The notes under the pieces: model-generated
The model's database searches: none
What the model was told of the DNA's origin: nothing
What the model saw: only the letters and a program-made list of their open reading frames with translations
Translations under genes and position numbers: made by a program
From: an uncultured Pelagibacteraceae bacterium
Lineage (GTDB): Bacteria > Pseudomonadota > Alphaproteobacteria > Pelagibacterales > Pelagibacteraceae
DNA: 64,000 nucleotides
Reading direction: 5' to 3'
NCBI GenBank assembly: GCA_902579605.1
Contig: CACHHD010000002.1
Coordinates: 22,442 to 86,441 of the forward strand
Shown: piece by piece, positions 38,279-52,415 of the stretch
Position numbering within the stretch: the stretch's first letter is position 1
How the letters are laid out: every line of letters begins with the position of its first letter

Positions 38279-39544
38279 CTAGTGTGCAACAGCTGCAGCG
38301 CCATGCTCATCTATTAATCTGCCGTCAGAAAATCTACTTAGAGCAAATGGAGCATTTATTTTATGCGGTTCATCTTTTGCAATTGTGTGTGCAAATACGT
38401 TTGCGCTTCCAGGGGTAGCTTTAAAGCCACCAGTTCCCCATCCACAATTAAAATATAAACCTTCAACATCACACTTGCTTATAATTGGACTTGCGTCTGG
38501 ACAAATGTCTACTATACCTCCCCATTGTCTTAACATTTTCATTTTTCCAAAGATCGGATAAAGCTCAACAATTGCTCTAACTGTTTCTTCAATTACATCA
38601 TAACCACCTCTTTGAGTGAAAGAATTGTAACCATCTGTGCCAGCTCCGATTACTAATTCTCCTTTGTCGGACTGACTCACATAAGCATGTACAGCATTAG
38701 ACATAACTACTGTGTTAATAACTGGCTTTATAGGTTCAGATACCAAAGCTTGCAATGGCCTGCTTTGTAAAGGTAATCGTACTCCTGCTGTTGCAGCAAG
38801 CACACTTGTGTGACCTGAAGCTACGACACCAATTTTGCTTGACTTAATAAAACCTTTTGTTGTTTCAACTCCTTCTACTTTATAGTTATCAGTCTTAATT
38901 CCTTTTACTTCACAGTTTTGAATTATATCTACTCCTAATTCATCAGCTCTCATAGCATATCCCCAGGCAACGGCATCGTGTCTAGCCACTCCTCCTCGTG
39001 GTTGATATGCCGCTCCAAGAACTGGATATCTTAAATTATCTGTATTCATTATTGGGACTAAATCTTTTATTTCTTTCTTATCCAACCACATAGTATCTAA
39101 ACCATTTAGTCTATTAGCAGATACCCTTCTTTTAATCTCTTTAATATCATGTTCGTTATGCGCTAAATTTAAAACTCCCCTCTGGCTAAACATCATATTG
39201 TAGTTTAAATCTTCGGATAAATTTTCCCATAATTTAACTGCATGGTCATACAGATGTGCACTTTCATCCCATAGATAATTAGATCTAATGATCGTAGTAT
39301 TTCTTCCTGTGTTCCCGCTACCCAACCAGCCTTTTTCAATCACTGCAATATTTTTTACTCCATGATGTTTAGCAAGATAGTAAGCGGTTCCTAATCCATG
39401 TCCACCGCCTCCAACTATAACAACATCATAATGTTTTTTAGGATTGGGGCTTCTCCACATTTTTCCCCAATTTTCATTATCTGAAAGTGAATTTTGAATT
39501 AAGCTTGTAATTGAATATTTTTTTTTCACAACTAAAGGTACCAA
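38279..39544 (-). CDS. soxB: Sarcosine oxidase beta subunit (start uncertain; GTG at 39529 possible)
   Basis: [35 protein letters not shown] and [11 protein letters not shown] motifs. Confidence 0.93.
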   Translation of the reverse strand: MVPLVVKKKYSITSLIQNSLSDNENWGKMWRSPNPKKHYDVVIVGGGGHGLGTAYYLAKHHGVKNIAVIEKGWLGSGNTGRNTTIIRSNYLWDESAHLYDHAVKLWENLSEDLNYNMMFSQRGVLNLAHNEHDIKEIKRRVSANRLNGLDTMWLDKKEIKDLVPIMNTDNLRYPVLGAAYQPRGGVARHDAVAWGYAMRADELGVDIIQNCEVKGIKTDNYKVEGVETTKGFIKSSKIGVVASGHTSVLAATAGVRLPLQSRPLQALVSEPIKPVINTVVMSNAVHAYVSQSDKGELVIGAGTDGYNSFTQRGGYDVIEETVRAIVELYPIFGKMKMLRQWGGIVDICPDASPIISKCDVEGLYFNCGWGTGGFKATPGSANVFAHTIAKDEPHKINAPFALSRFSDGRLIDEHGAAAVAH

Positions 39545-39568
39545 AAAAATTTAATGTCAGCCAGTAAA

Positions 39569-39910
39569 TTAATCTAAGATTTTGATTTTTGAACTTTTAT
39601 TTATTTGTATTTTTAATTCGGTTACTCTTTTTTTAAGCATAGCACAAACTTCTGACTCAGTAGCCTCAAGAAAATTGACACATTTGACTTTTTTTCTATC
39701 CGGGTTGTGTTTTTCTGCAAAACCTAAAGCGTGTTCAACACTTGATTTTCCAGTCGACTTTTTAATTCCATAATCAATAGCTGAAGTTACAGTTGATCTG
39801 GCAACGTTACCTCCGCTTGCGCCAGTTGATAAAGGTCCTAGAAAAGCGACTGTTTCAGCACACCCAGTTAGATAAACAAATAATAATAATCCTAGTATTA
39901 ACTTTTTCAA
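39569..39910 (-). CDS. Hypothetical lipoprotein
   Basis: Lipobox LTGC; GAGGG RBS before the TTG start. Confidence 0.7.
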   Translation of the reverse strand: MKKLILGLLLFVYLTGCAETVAFLGPLSTGASGGNVARSTVTSAIDYGIKKSTGKSSVEHALGFAEKHNPDRKKVKCVNFLEATESEVCAMLKKRVTELKIQINKSSKIKILD

Positions 39911-40016
39911 TTTTCCCTCTCTTTAAAAAACACTTATACGCTATTTAAGAATGTTAAAAACAACAATCCGCCCACAATGAGCTTATCAAAAACAACCTTA
40001 AATTGTAATCTTTATT

Positions 40017-40967
40017 TTATTTTATTTCTCGAATCGGCTTATTATTAATACATGAGTTGAGATTTTCGATCATCTGAAAATAAAACTTGGAATAATTTTC
40101 CACAGTTACAAATCCTATATGCGGCAATAAGAAAGCGTTAGGTAAAAATCTCAGTTTGTGGTCTTGCGGTAGAGGCTCTTGGTTATATACATCTAATCCA
40201 GCGCCCGCAATTTCATCATTTTCTAAAGCTTCTACTAAATCTCTTTCATTTATAATCTCTCCTCTTGAAGTATTGATTAAAAAGGTAGATTTTTTCATTT
40301 GTTTAAACTCTTTTTTTGTAATTAAATTTTTATATTTATCACCTAAAACAACATGAATAGATAAAATATCCGAAGTTTTAAACAAATCCTCTTTACTCAT
40401 CGGTAAAACATTTAATTTATTAGCTTCAGATAAATTTAAATTTTCACTCCACGCAGATACTTCCATGCCAAAAGCTTGACCAATTTTAGCAACCTGGCTT
40501 CCAATTTTTCCAAGTCCTATTAATCCTAACCTTTTACCTTTAAGTTCATAACCAATTGTTGTTTGCCAATACCCTTGAAACATATTGTCGATTTCTTGTT
40601 TTACGTTTCTAACTAACCCAAGAATTAAAGTCCAAGTAATTTCAGCAGCAGGATTTGAATTAATTTCAGTACCGCAAACTAATATTTTTTTTTCTTTTGT
40701 AGCTTTTAAGTCTATAGCTTTGTTTCTAGTGCCAGAGGTCATTATAAACTTCAAATTAGGTAAATTTGTAATTAATGATTTTGTAATTTTAGTCCTTTCT
40801 CTCATAATAAAAAGAACTTCAAATTTTTTTAAAGCCTCTGTTGTTTCTAGTTCGTTTTGAAATGGTTCATTAAAAATTGTGAACTCATATTTTGATTTAT
40901 ATTCATCTAAATTAATAATCTGACTGAAAACATTTTGATAATCATCTAAAACTGCAACTTTAAGCAT
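40017..40967 (-). CDS. D-2-hydroxyacid dehydrogenase family protein
   Basis: MRERT, GLGKIG, INTSRG, LDVY..EP and PHIG motifs. Confidence 0.9.
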   Translation of the reverse strand: MLKVAVLDDYQNVFSQIINLDEYKSKYEFTIFNEPFQNELETTEALKKFEVLFIMRERTKITKSLITNLPNLKFIMTSGTRNKAIDLKATKEKKILVCGTEINSNPAAEITWTLILGLVRNVKQEIDNMFQGYWQTTIGYELKGKRLGLIGLGKIGSQVAKIGQAFGMEVSAWSENLNLSEANKLNVLPMSKEDLFKTSDILSIHVVLGDKYKNLITKKEFKQMKKSTFLINTSRGEIINERDLVEALENDEIAGAGLDVYNQEPLPQDHKLRFLPNAFLLPHIGFVTVENYSKFYFQMIENLNSCINNKPIREIK

Positions 40968-41853
40968 TTAATTTCCTGTTTGATAAATAAATACCTGACA
41001 AAATAAATGAGGCACCTATAAAGTGGTATAATTCAAGTTTTTCTCTAAATATTATAATTGCTAATATGGCGCTCAGTAATGGCATTAATTGAACAAACAT
41101 TGTTGCTCGATTTGGTCCGACTATCTCTACACCTTTCTGCCAGCAGTAATAAGCTGCTAACGCAGGGAAAATTACAACATAAAAAAGAATTACGAAAAAC
41201 GCTTTATTGAAATTTACTTCTAGACCAATTGATCTTTCATAAAAAAATTGTGGAATTAAAAATATTATTCCGACCGTGACCATTAATTGTATCAAAGTGA
41301 ATTGAGAAAATTTAAAACTATGTTTCTTAAGTAATGTTGAATAAATTGACCAAGAGAGAACACAAACCAACATCCATATATCCCCTTTATTAAATCTTAA
41401 AGATAGGATCCTATTTAGGTCAGCATTTGAAATAATTGCACTAATTCCTATAATTGATAATAATAATCCTATTACTTGAAAAATATTTGTTTTATCTACT
41501 TTCATCAAAGATGAAATAATTATCGTTATAGCCGGAATTGCAGCAAGAACTAGTACTGCGTTTATTACTTGAGTATAGTTTAATGCAAAATATACTACAG
41601 AGTTAAATGTGCTTATTGTTATAACTCCCATAAAACTTATCACCAACCAGTTTTTTTTTATATAATTTAAATTGTTGTAAATTTCTTTATAAGTAAATGG
41701 AATTAAGATCAGCCAAACTGATACCCATCTAAAAAAGTTTAAAGTTAATGGAGGTACTTCAAATAGATAAGCAAATTTACCAACTATAAAATTTCCTGAC
41801 CAACAGAATGTAGCGAACACGAGTAAAGTATAGGCTAAGTAATTTTTTGACAA
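40960..41853 (-). CDS. EamA/DMT family transporter
   Basis: WSGNFIVGK and GD.W motifs; ten TM segments. Confidence 0.88.
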   Translation of the reverse strand: MSKNYLAYTLLVFATFCWSGNFIVGKFAYLFEVPPLTLNFFRWVSVWLILIPFTYKEIYNNLNYIKKNWLVISFMGVITISTFNSVVYFALNYTQVINAVLVLAAIPAITIIISSLMKVDKTNIFQVIGLLLSIIGISAIISNADLNRILSLRFNKGDIWMLVCVLSWSIYSTLLKKHSFKFSQFTLIQLMVTVGIIFLIPQFFYERSIGLEVNFNKAFFVILFYVVIFPALAAYYCWQKGVEIVGPNRATMFVQLMPLLSAILAIIIFREKLELYHFIGASFILSGIYLSNRKLNA

Positions 41854-41861
41854 ATAAATCC

Positions 41862-43109
41862 TTAATTAAATCTTGAAGAACTGTAAGGGGATAAATCTAA
41901 ATTAGTTTTTTCCTCATTTACTATTCCAGAAACAATCTTTCCAGTTATAGCTCCAAGTGTCCAGCCTAAATGATGATGTCCAAAAGCATAGATAATATTG
42001 CTATTTTTTAACGAAGGTCCAATAACAGGTAAAAAATCTGGAAGTGTTGGTCTGAAACCTAACCACTCGTCTTGAAAATCACCAAGTTGCGGTAATAATT
42101 CTTTTGCGCATTTATCTAAATAATCAATTCTTTTTTTTGATATAGGATTATCAAATCCGCCCAGTTCTACAGTTCCCACTGCTCTTAAACCTTGATTCAT
42201 CGGAGTCATTCCAAAACCTCTATCGAGAAAAATGACTGGTCTTTTAAGTAGATGATCCATACTTTTGTAATGTACATGATATCCTCTTTCAGTATCTAAA
42301 GGAATTTTTTCACCTAGTTGATCAGTTAATTTTTTTGAGAACGCACCACTAGCTAAAACAATTTTTTCAAAATTAAATTTCTCTGATCCAGTTTTGACTT
42401 GTGTTTGATTATATCTAGTTTGTTCTACACTTACTACCTCCTTTTTTTTAAATTCACCTCCTGATTTTAAAAAAAGATCAAAAAGTTTTTTTGTTATCTC
42501 CATAGGGTCTCTGGCGTGGTAAGCATAGTCATAAATGACACCAGCATCAAAGACTGGACTCAGATTGGGTTCTAGTTCTAAGACCTCATCTCTAGTTAAT
42601 AGTCTTTGCTTAATTCCGAGATCGTTTCTAATTTTAATTTCCATTTTCCTACTTTTTAAATTTTTATTTGTCCAAATATAAATAATACCTTTTCTATCAA
42701 CTAAATTAGACGTATCTATCTCACTTAGAATTTCATCATACGCATCAAGAGATAAATCTAAAATTTGATGCATATATTTAGTTGTATGCATCATTGATTT
42801 TTTTGTTGAAGATTTTAGATATTTTAAAATCCATGGAATCATTTTAGGAATATAATTCCACTTTAAAGCTAAAGGTCCGTAAGAACTTAATAGCATTTTT
42901 GGTATATCGTAAATAACATCAGGTCTATTTAATTGAACAACCGCGTAGGGAGAAAAATGACCTGCGTTACCGTATGAGCTCATACTACCCGGATCATTTT
43001 TATCGAAAATTGTAACTGGAATTCCTTTTTTTATGAGCTGCAATCCGATACAAACACCTTGTATTCCTGCGCCTACAATTCCTACAGAGTTACATTTATA
43101 ATTACTCAC
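41862..43109 (-). CDS. D-amino acid dehydrogenase-like FAD oxidoreductase (DadA family)
   Basis: GAGIQG, SYGNAG, ERGYH, W.GFRP..PD.LP and FGHHHLGWT motifs. Confidence 0.85.
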   Translation of the reverse strand: MSNYKCNSVGIVGAGIQGVCIGLQLIKKGIPVTIFDKNDPGSMSSYGNAGHFSPYAVVQLNRPDVIYDIPKMLLSSYGPLALKWNYIPKMIPWILKYLKSSTKKSMMHTTKYMHQILDLSLDAYDEILSEIDTSNLVDRKGIIYIWTNKNLKSRKMEIKIRNDLGIKQRLLTRDEVLELEPNLSPVFDAGVIYDYAYHARDPMEITKKLFDLFLKSGGEFKKKEVVSVEQTRYNQTQVKTGSEKFNFEKIVLASGAFSKKLTDQLGEKIPLDTERGYHVHYKSMDHLLKRPVIFLDRGFGMTPMNQGLRAVGTVELGGFDNPISKKRIDYLDKCAKELLPQLGDFQDEWLGFRPTLPDFLPVIGPSLKNSNIIYAFGHHHLGWTLGAITGKIVSGIVNEEKTNLDLSPYSSSRFN

Positions 43110-43154
43110 GCATTAAATATAATAGAAAATTTGAGATATTTACAGTGCGATAGA

Positions 43155-43610
43155 TTAGATCAGAGCTTCGCTCTCTTTATTCACATTTGCTTCTGGTTTA
43201 CCGTTCTTTTTTGGTTTCTTCTCTTCTTTTGATTTCGAGAATAAAAAGTCTCCCGTAATTTTACTTTTTGAAGCTGTTTTTTTAATGAAGCCTTCTATAT
43301 CAGCTCCGTTTTCTGTCCTTAAATTGTTGGAAAATTCTATGTCGCCTTTTACTACACCAGAAGAACCTATTACTACGTTGTCAGCTGAAACTTTTCCATC
43401 AAGATGACCGTGGATTTCTACTGTTTCAGCTTCCACGCCTCCTGAGATTGAACCTGTTTCTTTAATAACAATCTCTTTAGAATAAACTGGACCTTTTACA
43501 AGGCCAGCCACGTCAATAGCTCCTGAGCTATTTACAGTGCCATCTATGCTTACTGTTTCACTTATTAAAGATCTTTCAGTGTCTTTTATCGATTTTTTAT
43601 CACCAAACAT
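43155..43610 (-). CDS. Bactofilin (polymer-forming cytoskeletal protein, DUF583)
   Basis: Beta-helix repeats (IDGTV, VAGLVKG, ISGGV, IHGHLDG, VKGDI) and a charged tail. Confidence 0.88.
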   Translation of the reverse strand: MFGDKKSIKDTERSLISETVSIDGTVNSSGAIDVAGLVKGPVYSKEIVIKETGSISGGVEAETVEIHGHLDGKVSADNVVIGSSGVVKGDIEFSNNLRTENGADIEGFIKKTASKSKITGDFLFSKSKEEKKPKKNGKPEANVNKESEALI

Positions 43611-43710
43611 AATTTAAATATTTAAAATTAGACCATCTTAATTAAATTAAAGCAAGTGTTAATTTTTTTAAATTAGGTTCATTTTGGTCCGACAAATGTG
43701 ATTTTTTAAA

Positions 43711-44835
43711 TTAATTGACCGGCGTATCTTTGTATATTCTACAAGACATAGCTATACCCAGACCTAACATAATTGCCATCATAGAAGATCCTCCATATGA
43801 CATTATTGGAAGAGGGGCGCCCACAATAGGTAGTAGACCAAGCACCATACCCATGTTAACTGCAACATATATAAAAAAAGCAGTAGCAAAACTGTAACAA
43901 TACAACTTGCCGAAGCTACTTCTTGTTATATTTCCAATATTTACAAGCCTATATATGATAATGCTATAAAGTATTAAAATAAACAATGAGCCCACAAAGC
44001 CAAATTCCTCAGAAAATAAAGTAAATATAAAGTCAGTATGTTTTTCTGGGAGATAATCTAGATAACTTTGAGATCCATTTAAAAATCCCTTACCAAATAA
44101 ACCGCCAGATCCAATGGCTATTTTAGATTGTATTATTTGATATCCGGCTCCTAATGGGTCTCTATCTGGATTCAAAAAAGTTAATATTCTTGCCTTTTGA
44201 TAAGGTTTTAAAAATGCAATTGCTATGGGGGTTAAAGAAATAAATAGTATAGATGCATAAGCAAAAAATTTTACTCGGACACCGGCAAGCCACGATACTG
44301 TTACCCCTCCTAAAGCAATTAGTATCGAGGTACCTAAGTCTGGTTGAGCAACAACTAATAAAACTGGTGCAACTAAAGCTACTACAGGTAAAAACAAAAA
44401 CTTCAACTTGTTAACATCCTGAGTTGAAATACGATGATAATATTTCGCTAAAAATAAAATTAGACCAATTTTCATTAGTTCAGATGGTTGAAGATTCATA
44501 AAATAGAAATTTAGCCATCTTTGAGACCCGGACGAAGTAAGACCAAAATATTTAACTCCTAAAAGTAAAATAAAAAACGAAAGATATAAAAGGGTGCTAG
44601 TTTGATACCAAAATCTTATTTGAAAAAAAGATATAATTAAAAACATTAAGAAAAAAATTCCAAATCTTAAAATGTGACTTCTGGTATGATAGTCAAATTT
44701 TCCTCCATCTGTAGAATACATTGCAAACATGCTAATGATCCCTAATAATAATATTGAAAAAATTAGAACATAATCCATCATCATTACTTTGTCTTTAAAA
44801 TTCGTTGATGATTGTATAGATCTAGGCTGAAACAT
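43711..44835 (-). CDS. rodA: Rod shape-determining SEDS glycosyltransferase RodA
   Basis: QPSELMK, QPDLGT, SKIAIGSGG, PEKHTDFIF and SYGGSS motifs. Confidence 0.95.
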   Translation of the reverse strand: MFQPRSIQSSTNFKDKVMMMDYVLIFSILLLGIISMFAMYSTDGGKFDYHTRSHILRFGIFFLMFLIISFFQIRFWYQTSTLLYLSFFILLLGVKYFGLTSSGSQRWLNFYFMNLQPSELMKIGLILFLAKYYHRISTQDVNKLKFLFLPVVALVAPVLLVVAQPDLGTSILIALGGVTVSWLAGVRVKFFAYASILFISLTPIAIAFLKPYQKARILTFLNPDRDPLGAGYQIIQSKIAIGSGGLFGKGFLNGSQSYLDYLPEKHTDFIFTLFSEEFGFVGSLFILILYSIIIYRLVNIGNITRSSFGKLYCYSFATAFFIYVAVNMGMVLGLLPIVGAPLPIMSYGGSSMMAIMLGLGIAMSCRIYKDTPVN

Positions 44836-46766
44836 TATATTTCTTCTCCAGTTAAATTTTTTAAACTTTCTCTAAATTTATCTCTTTCTAAAACTTTTTT
44901 AATTATTTTTTTTGCAACTGGGGCGGCTGAACCACTTCCTGTTCCTCCATGTTCTACAACAACGCTAATAGCATATTTTGGATCTGAGTATGGTGCAAAA
45001 GCAACAAAGAGAGCATGGTCTCGATCTTTATATACAATATCTTTTTGTTTTATTTCCAATTCTCTTTGTAATTCCGTGAATCTTTTTACTTGAGAAGATC
45101 CAGTTTTTCCAGCAAACATAAATTTTTGATCATCGAATCTTGATCTAAATGATGTTCCCCCCGCTTCATTAGTAGCAGCAAACATAGCATCCTTTACAAA
45201 ATTTATATTTTCTTGATTTCTAAATAAAGGGTTAAGATCAAAATTTGATACTAACATATCAATTGGAAGAGGCTCATTAGGGTTTTCATTTTTGTATTTT
45301 ATATATTCACGTAAATTATTTTTATTATCATTTGCAAGAACTCTAGGCTTAATTTCAAATCCACCGTTAGCAATTTGAGCTGTCATTAAACATAATTGCA
45401 AAGGCGTGCTTTGAAAATATCCTTGTCCTATTCCTGAGTGTAAAGTTTCTCCTAAATACCAATTTTTTCCAATAAATTTTCTTTTCCATGCTGTGCTTGG
45501 CACGACACCAGTTCTCTCTTCGATAAAACCATCTAAAACTTTTTTTCCTAAGCCAAATTTTTTTGCCGTTTCTGATAACCTATCGACCCCAAGTAACCTG
45601 GCTACTTCATAAAAATAGACGTCGCAAGATCTTTGAATTGCAGATCTCATATTCATAGGACCGTGACCCTTTTTTTTCCAACAGTGAAATTTTTCTCCGT
45701 AAAGTTCTGTTAAACCACCACAATTTACATATTTTTTTGGATTCCATACATCGTTTTCTAGCGCACTAAGTGCAACAATTATTTTGATAGTAGATCCTGG
45801 AGGATACAATCCTGCTATGGCTTTGTTATTAAGAGGTTTTTTTTCATTTGAAATTAGTTCATTCCAATATTTTTTGTCAATTCCATGTACAAAAGCATTC
45901 GGATCATAACTAGGAGAAGAAGCCATTGTGATAATATCTCCGTTATAGATATCCATAACACATACGGATGCAGCTTTGTCTTCCAAAACCTGAGTAGCAT
46001 ATTTTTGTACTTCTAGGTCAATTGTAGTTCTATAGTTTTTTCCAGACTCCCCAGAATCAACCTGTATTTGTTTTATTCTCTTTCCATAAGCATTAACTTC
46101 GTAACGTTGAAAGCCAACTTTACCAATAATATCCTTATCTAATTTATTTTCCAAACCAGTTTTTCCAACTGCAATTCCAACGGACATTTCTTTTAAATAT
46201 TGTTTTTTTTGAAGATCTTTTTGACTAACTTGAGAAACATAACCGACCAAATGAGCCGTAGACAGATCAGGATATTGTCGGGCAACTGATACAATAGGCT
46301 CTACACCAGGTAGCTCATGTAAAAATAAATTTATTCGAGAAAACTCTGACCAGGTAAGATTATCTGAGACAATTATGGGCTCCCAGGGTTTCTGCTTAGC
46401 AATTTTCCTTTTCAAAAAAAATATTCTTTTATCTGAAAGATTTAAAATTGTTTTAAGTCTAAAAAATAATGTTTCTAAATTTGGTGAATTTTCTGGGGTT
46501 ATATGTAATTGATAGACTTTTTCATTAGAAGCGATTTCTTTGTCAAAATAATCTCTTATTATCCCTCTTTGTGGAGCTAATTTCCACTCTCTAAAACGGT
46601 TTTTATCTGATAATGTTTTATACTTAGTTGCTTCATTAATTTGTAATGAAACTAGTCTTCCAAAAATTCCAAAAAAAACAACTGCCTTCGCAGCATTTAA
46701 AACAAACATCCTCCTACTTATTAATTTTGATTTTATTACTGTATTTCCAGAACCAAAATTAATCAT
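44835..46766 (-). CDS. mrdA: Penicillin-binding protein 2
   Basis: YPPGSTIK (SxxK), SCDVYFY and GKTGS motifs. Confidence 0.95.
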   Translation of the reverse strand: MINFGSGNTVIKSKLISRRMFVLNAAKAVVFFGIFGRLVSLQINEATKYKTLSDKNRFREWKLAPQRGIIRDYFDKEIASNEKVYQLHITPENSPNLETLFFRLKTILNLSDKRIFFLKRKIAKQKPWEPIIVSDNLTWSEFSRINLFLHELPGVEPIVSVARQYPDLSTAHLVGYVSQVSQKDLQKKQYLKEMSVGIAVGKTGLENKLDKDIIGKVGFQRYEVNAYGKRIKQIQVDSGESGKNYRTTIDLEVQKYATQVLEDKAASVCVMDIYNGDIITMASSPSYDPNAFVHGIDKKYWNELISNEKKPLNNKAIAGLYPPGSTIKIIVALSALENDVWNPKKYVNCGGLTELYGEKFHCWKKKGHGPMNMRSAIQRSCDVYFYEVARLLGVDRLSETAKKFGLGKKVLDGFIEERTGVVPSTAWKRKFIGKNWYLGETLHSGIGQGYFQSTPLQLCLMTAQIANGGFEIKPRVLANDNKNNLREYIKYKNENPNEPLPIDMLVSNFDLNPLFRNQENINFVKDAMFAATNEAGGTSFRSRFDDQKFMFAGKTGSSQVKRFTELQRELEIKQKDIVYKDRDHALFVAFAPYSDPKYAISVVVEHGGTGSGSAAPVAKKIIKKVLERDKFRESLKNLTGEEI

Positions 46767-47277
46767 CTGCCCTCAAAAACATTATTTTTTTATAGAAATT
46801 AAATATTACCCAAATAAAAGGGTAAAATAGAAATGTAAAAAAGGCATTATAAGACATGTCTACATAAGATATTTGAAGATCAGAAAAGTTTAAAATCAAT
46901 ATTAAATAAACTAAATTTGAAAAAAATAAAGCTATTAAGAAAGTAAACCAATCCGTAAACAACGATATATTAACAGTTACTTGACGAATATATGATGCTA
47001 CGAATGAAACTGTTAAATATGATATTGCGCTTATACCTAAAGGCAAACCCATCACAACATCATTAATTATACCTACAAAAAAAATATGCCCGTTACCCAA
47101 AACACTAGAATTTTTAAGCATCCAATAATAAATAATTATAATTTGTAGATTAAATGATAAGATTTCAAACATGTTGCTAAAATGTGTATCGATCTCACTA
47201 ATAGATAAGTAATATAAAATTATTAAAGGTAAAGAATTAACGACACTAGCTTTTAAATTTTTGTATAAAATTGCCAT
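46759..47277 (-). CDS. mreD: Rod shape-determining protein MreD
   Basis: Hydrophobic with G...D...G.PLG motif; lies between mreC and mrdA. Confidence 0.85.
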   Translation of the reverse strand: MAILYKNLKASVVNSLPLIILYYLSISEIDTHFSNMFEILSFNLQIIIIYYWMLKNSSVLGNGHIFFVGIINDVVMGLPLGISAISYLTVSFVASYIRQVTVNISLFTDWFTFLIALFFSNLVYLILILNFSDLQISYVDMSYNAFFTFLFYPFIWVIFNFYKKIMFLRADD

Positions 47278-48128
47278 TATAAACTGCCCTTACTAATATT
47301 TATTAATTGAATTGTTACGAAAGAAAGTTGATTAGGATCAGAGAATAATTTAACTTTAACATTTAGCTCATCCATCTCTGTTTTGCCAACTGGAATTCCA
47401 GGAATAAAAACACCATCTTTTCCTGATGTAAAAACTGTTTGATTTCCGTAAGGTTCATAAAGATCTGGTAAATATTCTAAAACCGGCTTACTCTCGCCTT
47501 TGCCTGAAAGAATAGCTTGAATGGAATTTTCTCCAAAAGTGATCGGTATTCTGCTGTTAAGATCATTTAAAAGTAGGACTCTAGATGATAAATAATTCAC
47601 TTCAACTATTTTGCCAACTAAGTAATTTCCATCAACAACTGGCATTCCTTTTCTAATTCCAGATTTAGATCCTCTATTTATAACAATAGATTTAAGATAA
47701 GGGCTGTCTTTATCTATAAGAACTTTTGCCAATATACTTTTTCCTTTAATCTTAACATCTGACTCTAATATTCTCTTAAGACTATCATTTTGATTTTTAA
47801 GGAATTCAACTTGAAATTCTTTATTTTTTAGGTTTTGAAGTTCAACCTTTAACTTTTTATTTTCTTTAATTGCAAATGCGGTTTCTTTTATTTTGTCATT
47901 AATAACTGGTAAAAATTTAAGAGGAGCTGTTGATATATTCGTGAGACGATAAATTCCGTCGTTTATTAATTTTTTAGTAAGATTAATTAATTTAAACTGA
48001 TTAGCATCTAGAAAAAAGATTATCGTTGCTACAATTAAAAGAAAAACCAAAGAAAATTTTTGTCTAGCCCCTTTTTTTAATAGAGCTGAACGTACTGCTA
48101 TTCCAAAATCATCTCTGCTTGAGGACAT
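47277..48128 (-). CDS. mreC: Rod shape-determining protein MreC
   Basis: TM plus coiled coil; INRGS..G and TSG.DG.F..GIPVG motifs. Confidence 0.92.
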   Translation of the reverse strand: MSSSRDDFGIAVRSALLKKGARQKFSLVFLLIVATIIFFLDANQFKLINLTKKLINDGIYRLTNISTAPLKFLPVINDKIKETAFAIKENKKLKVELQNLKNKEFQVEFLKNQNDSLKRILESDVKIKGKSILAKVLIDKDSPYLKSIVINRGSKSGIRKGMPVVDGNYLVGKIVEVNYLSSRVLLLNDLNSRIPITFGENSIQAILSGKGESKPVLEYLPDLYEPYGNQTVFTSGKDGVFIPGIPVGKTEMDELNVKVKLFSDPNQLSFVTIQLINISKGSL

Positions 48129-48143
48129 TTTTTTCTTTGTCCA

Positions 48144-50760
<2,617 letters not shown>

Positions 50761-50841
50761 AAACTGAAAAGTATATTACAAGCAAAACGAGAATATGCAA
50801 ATACTTATAGTTAAATACTAGAAAATTTAGTTCAGATTGGG

Positions 50842-52414
<1,573 letters not shown>

Positions 52415-52415
<1 letters not shown>

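Noticed and set aside
43611-43710. CtrA-like TTAA-N7-TTAA boxes upstream of bactofilin
   Set aside because: The TTAA pairs I checked have the wrong spacing (N5, N8), and TTAA is abundant in AT-rich DNA.
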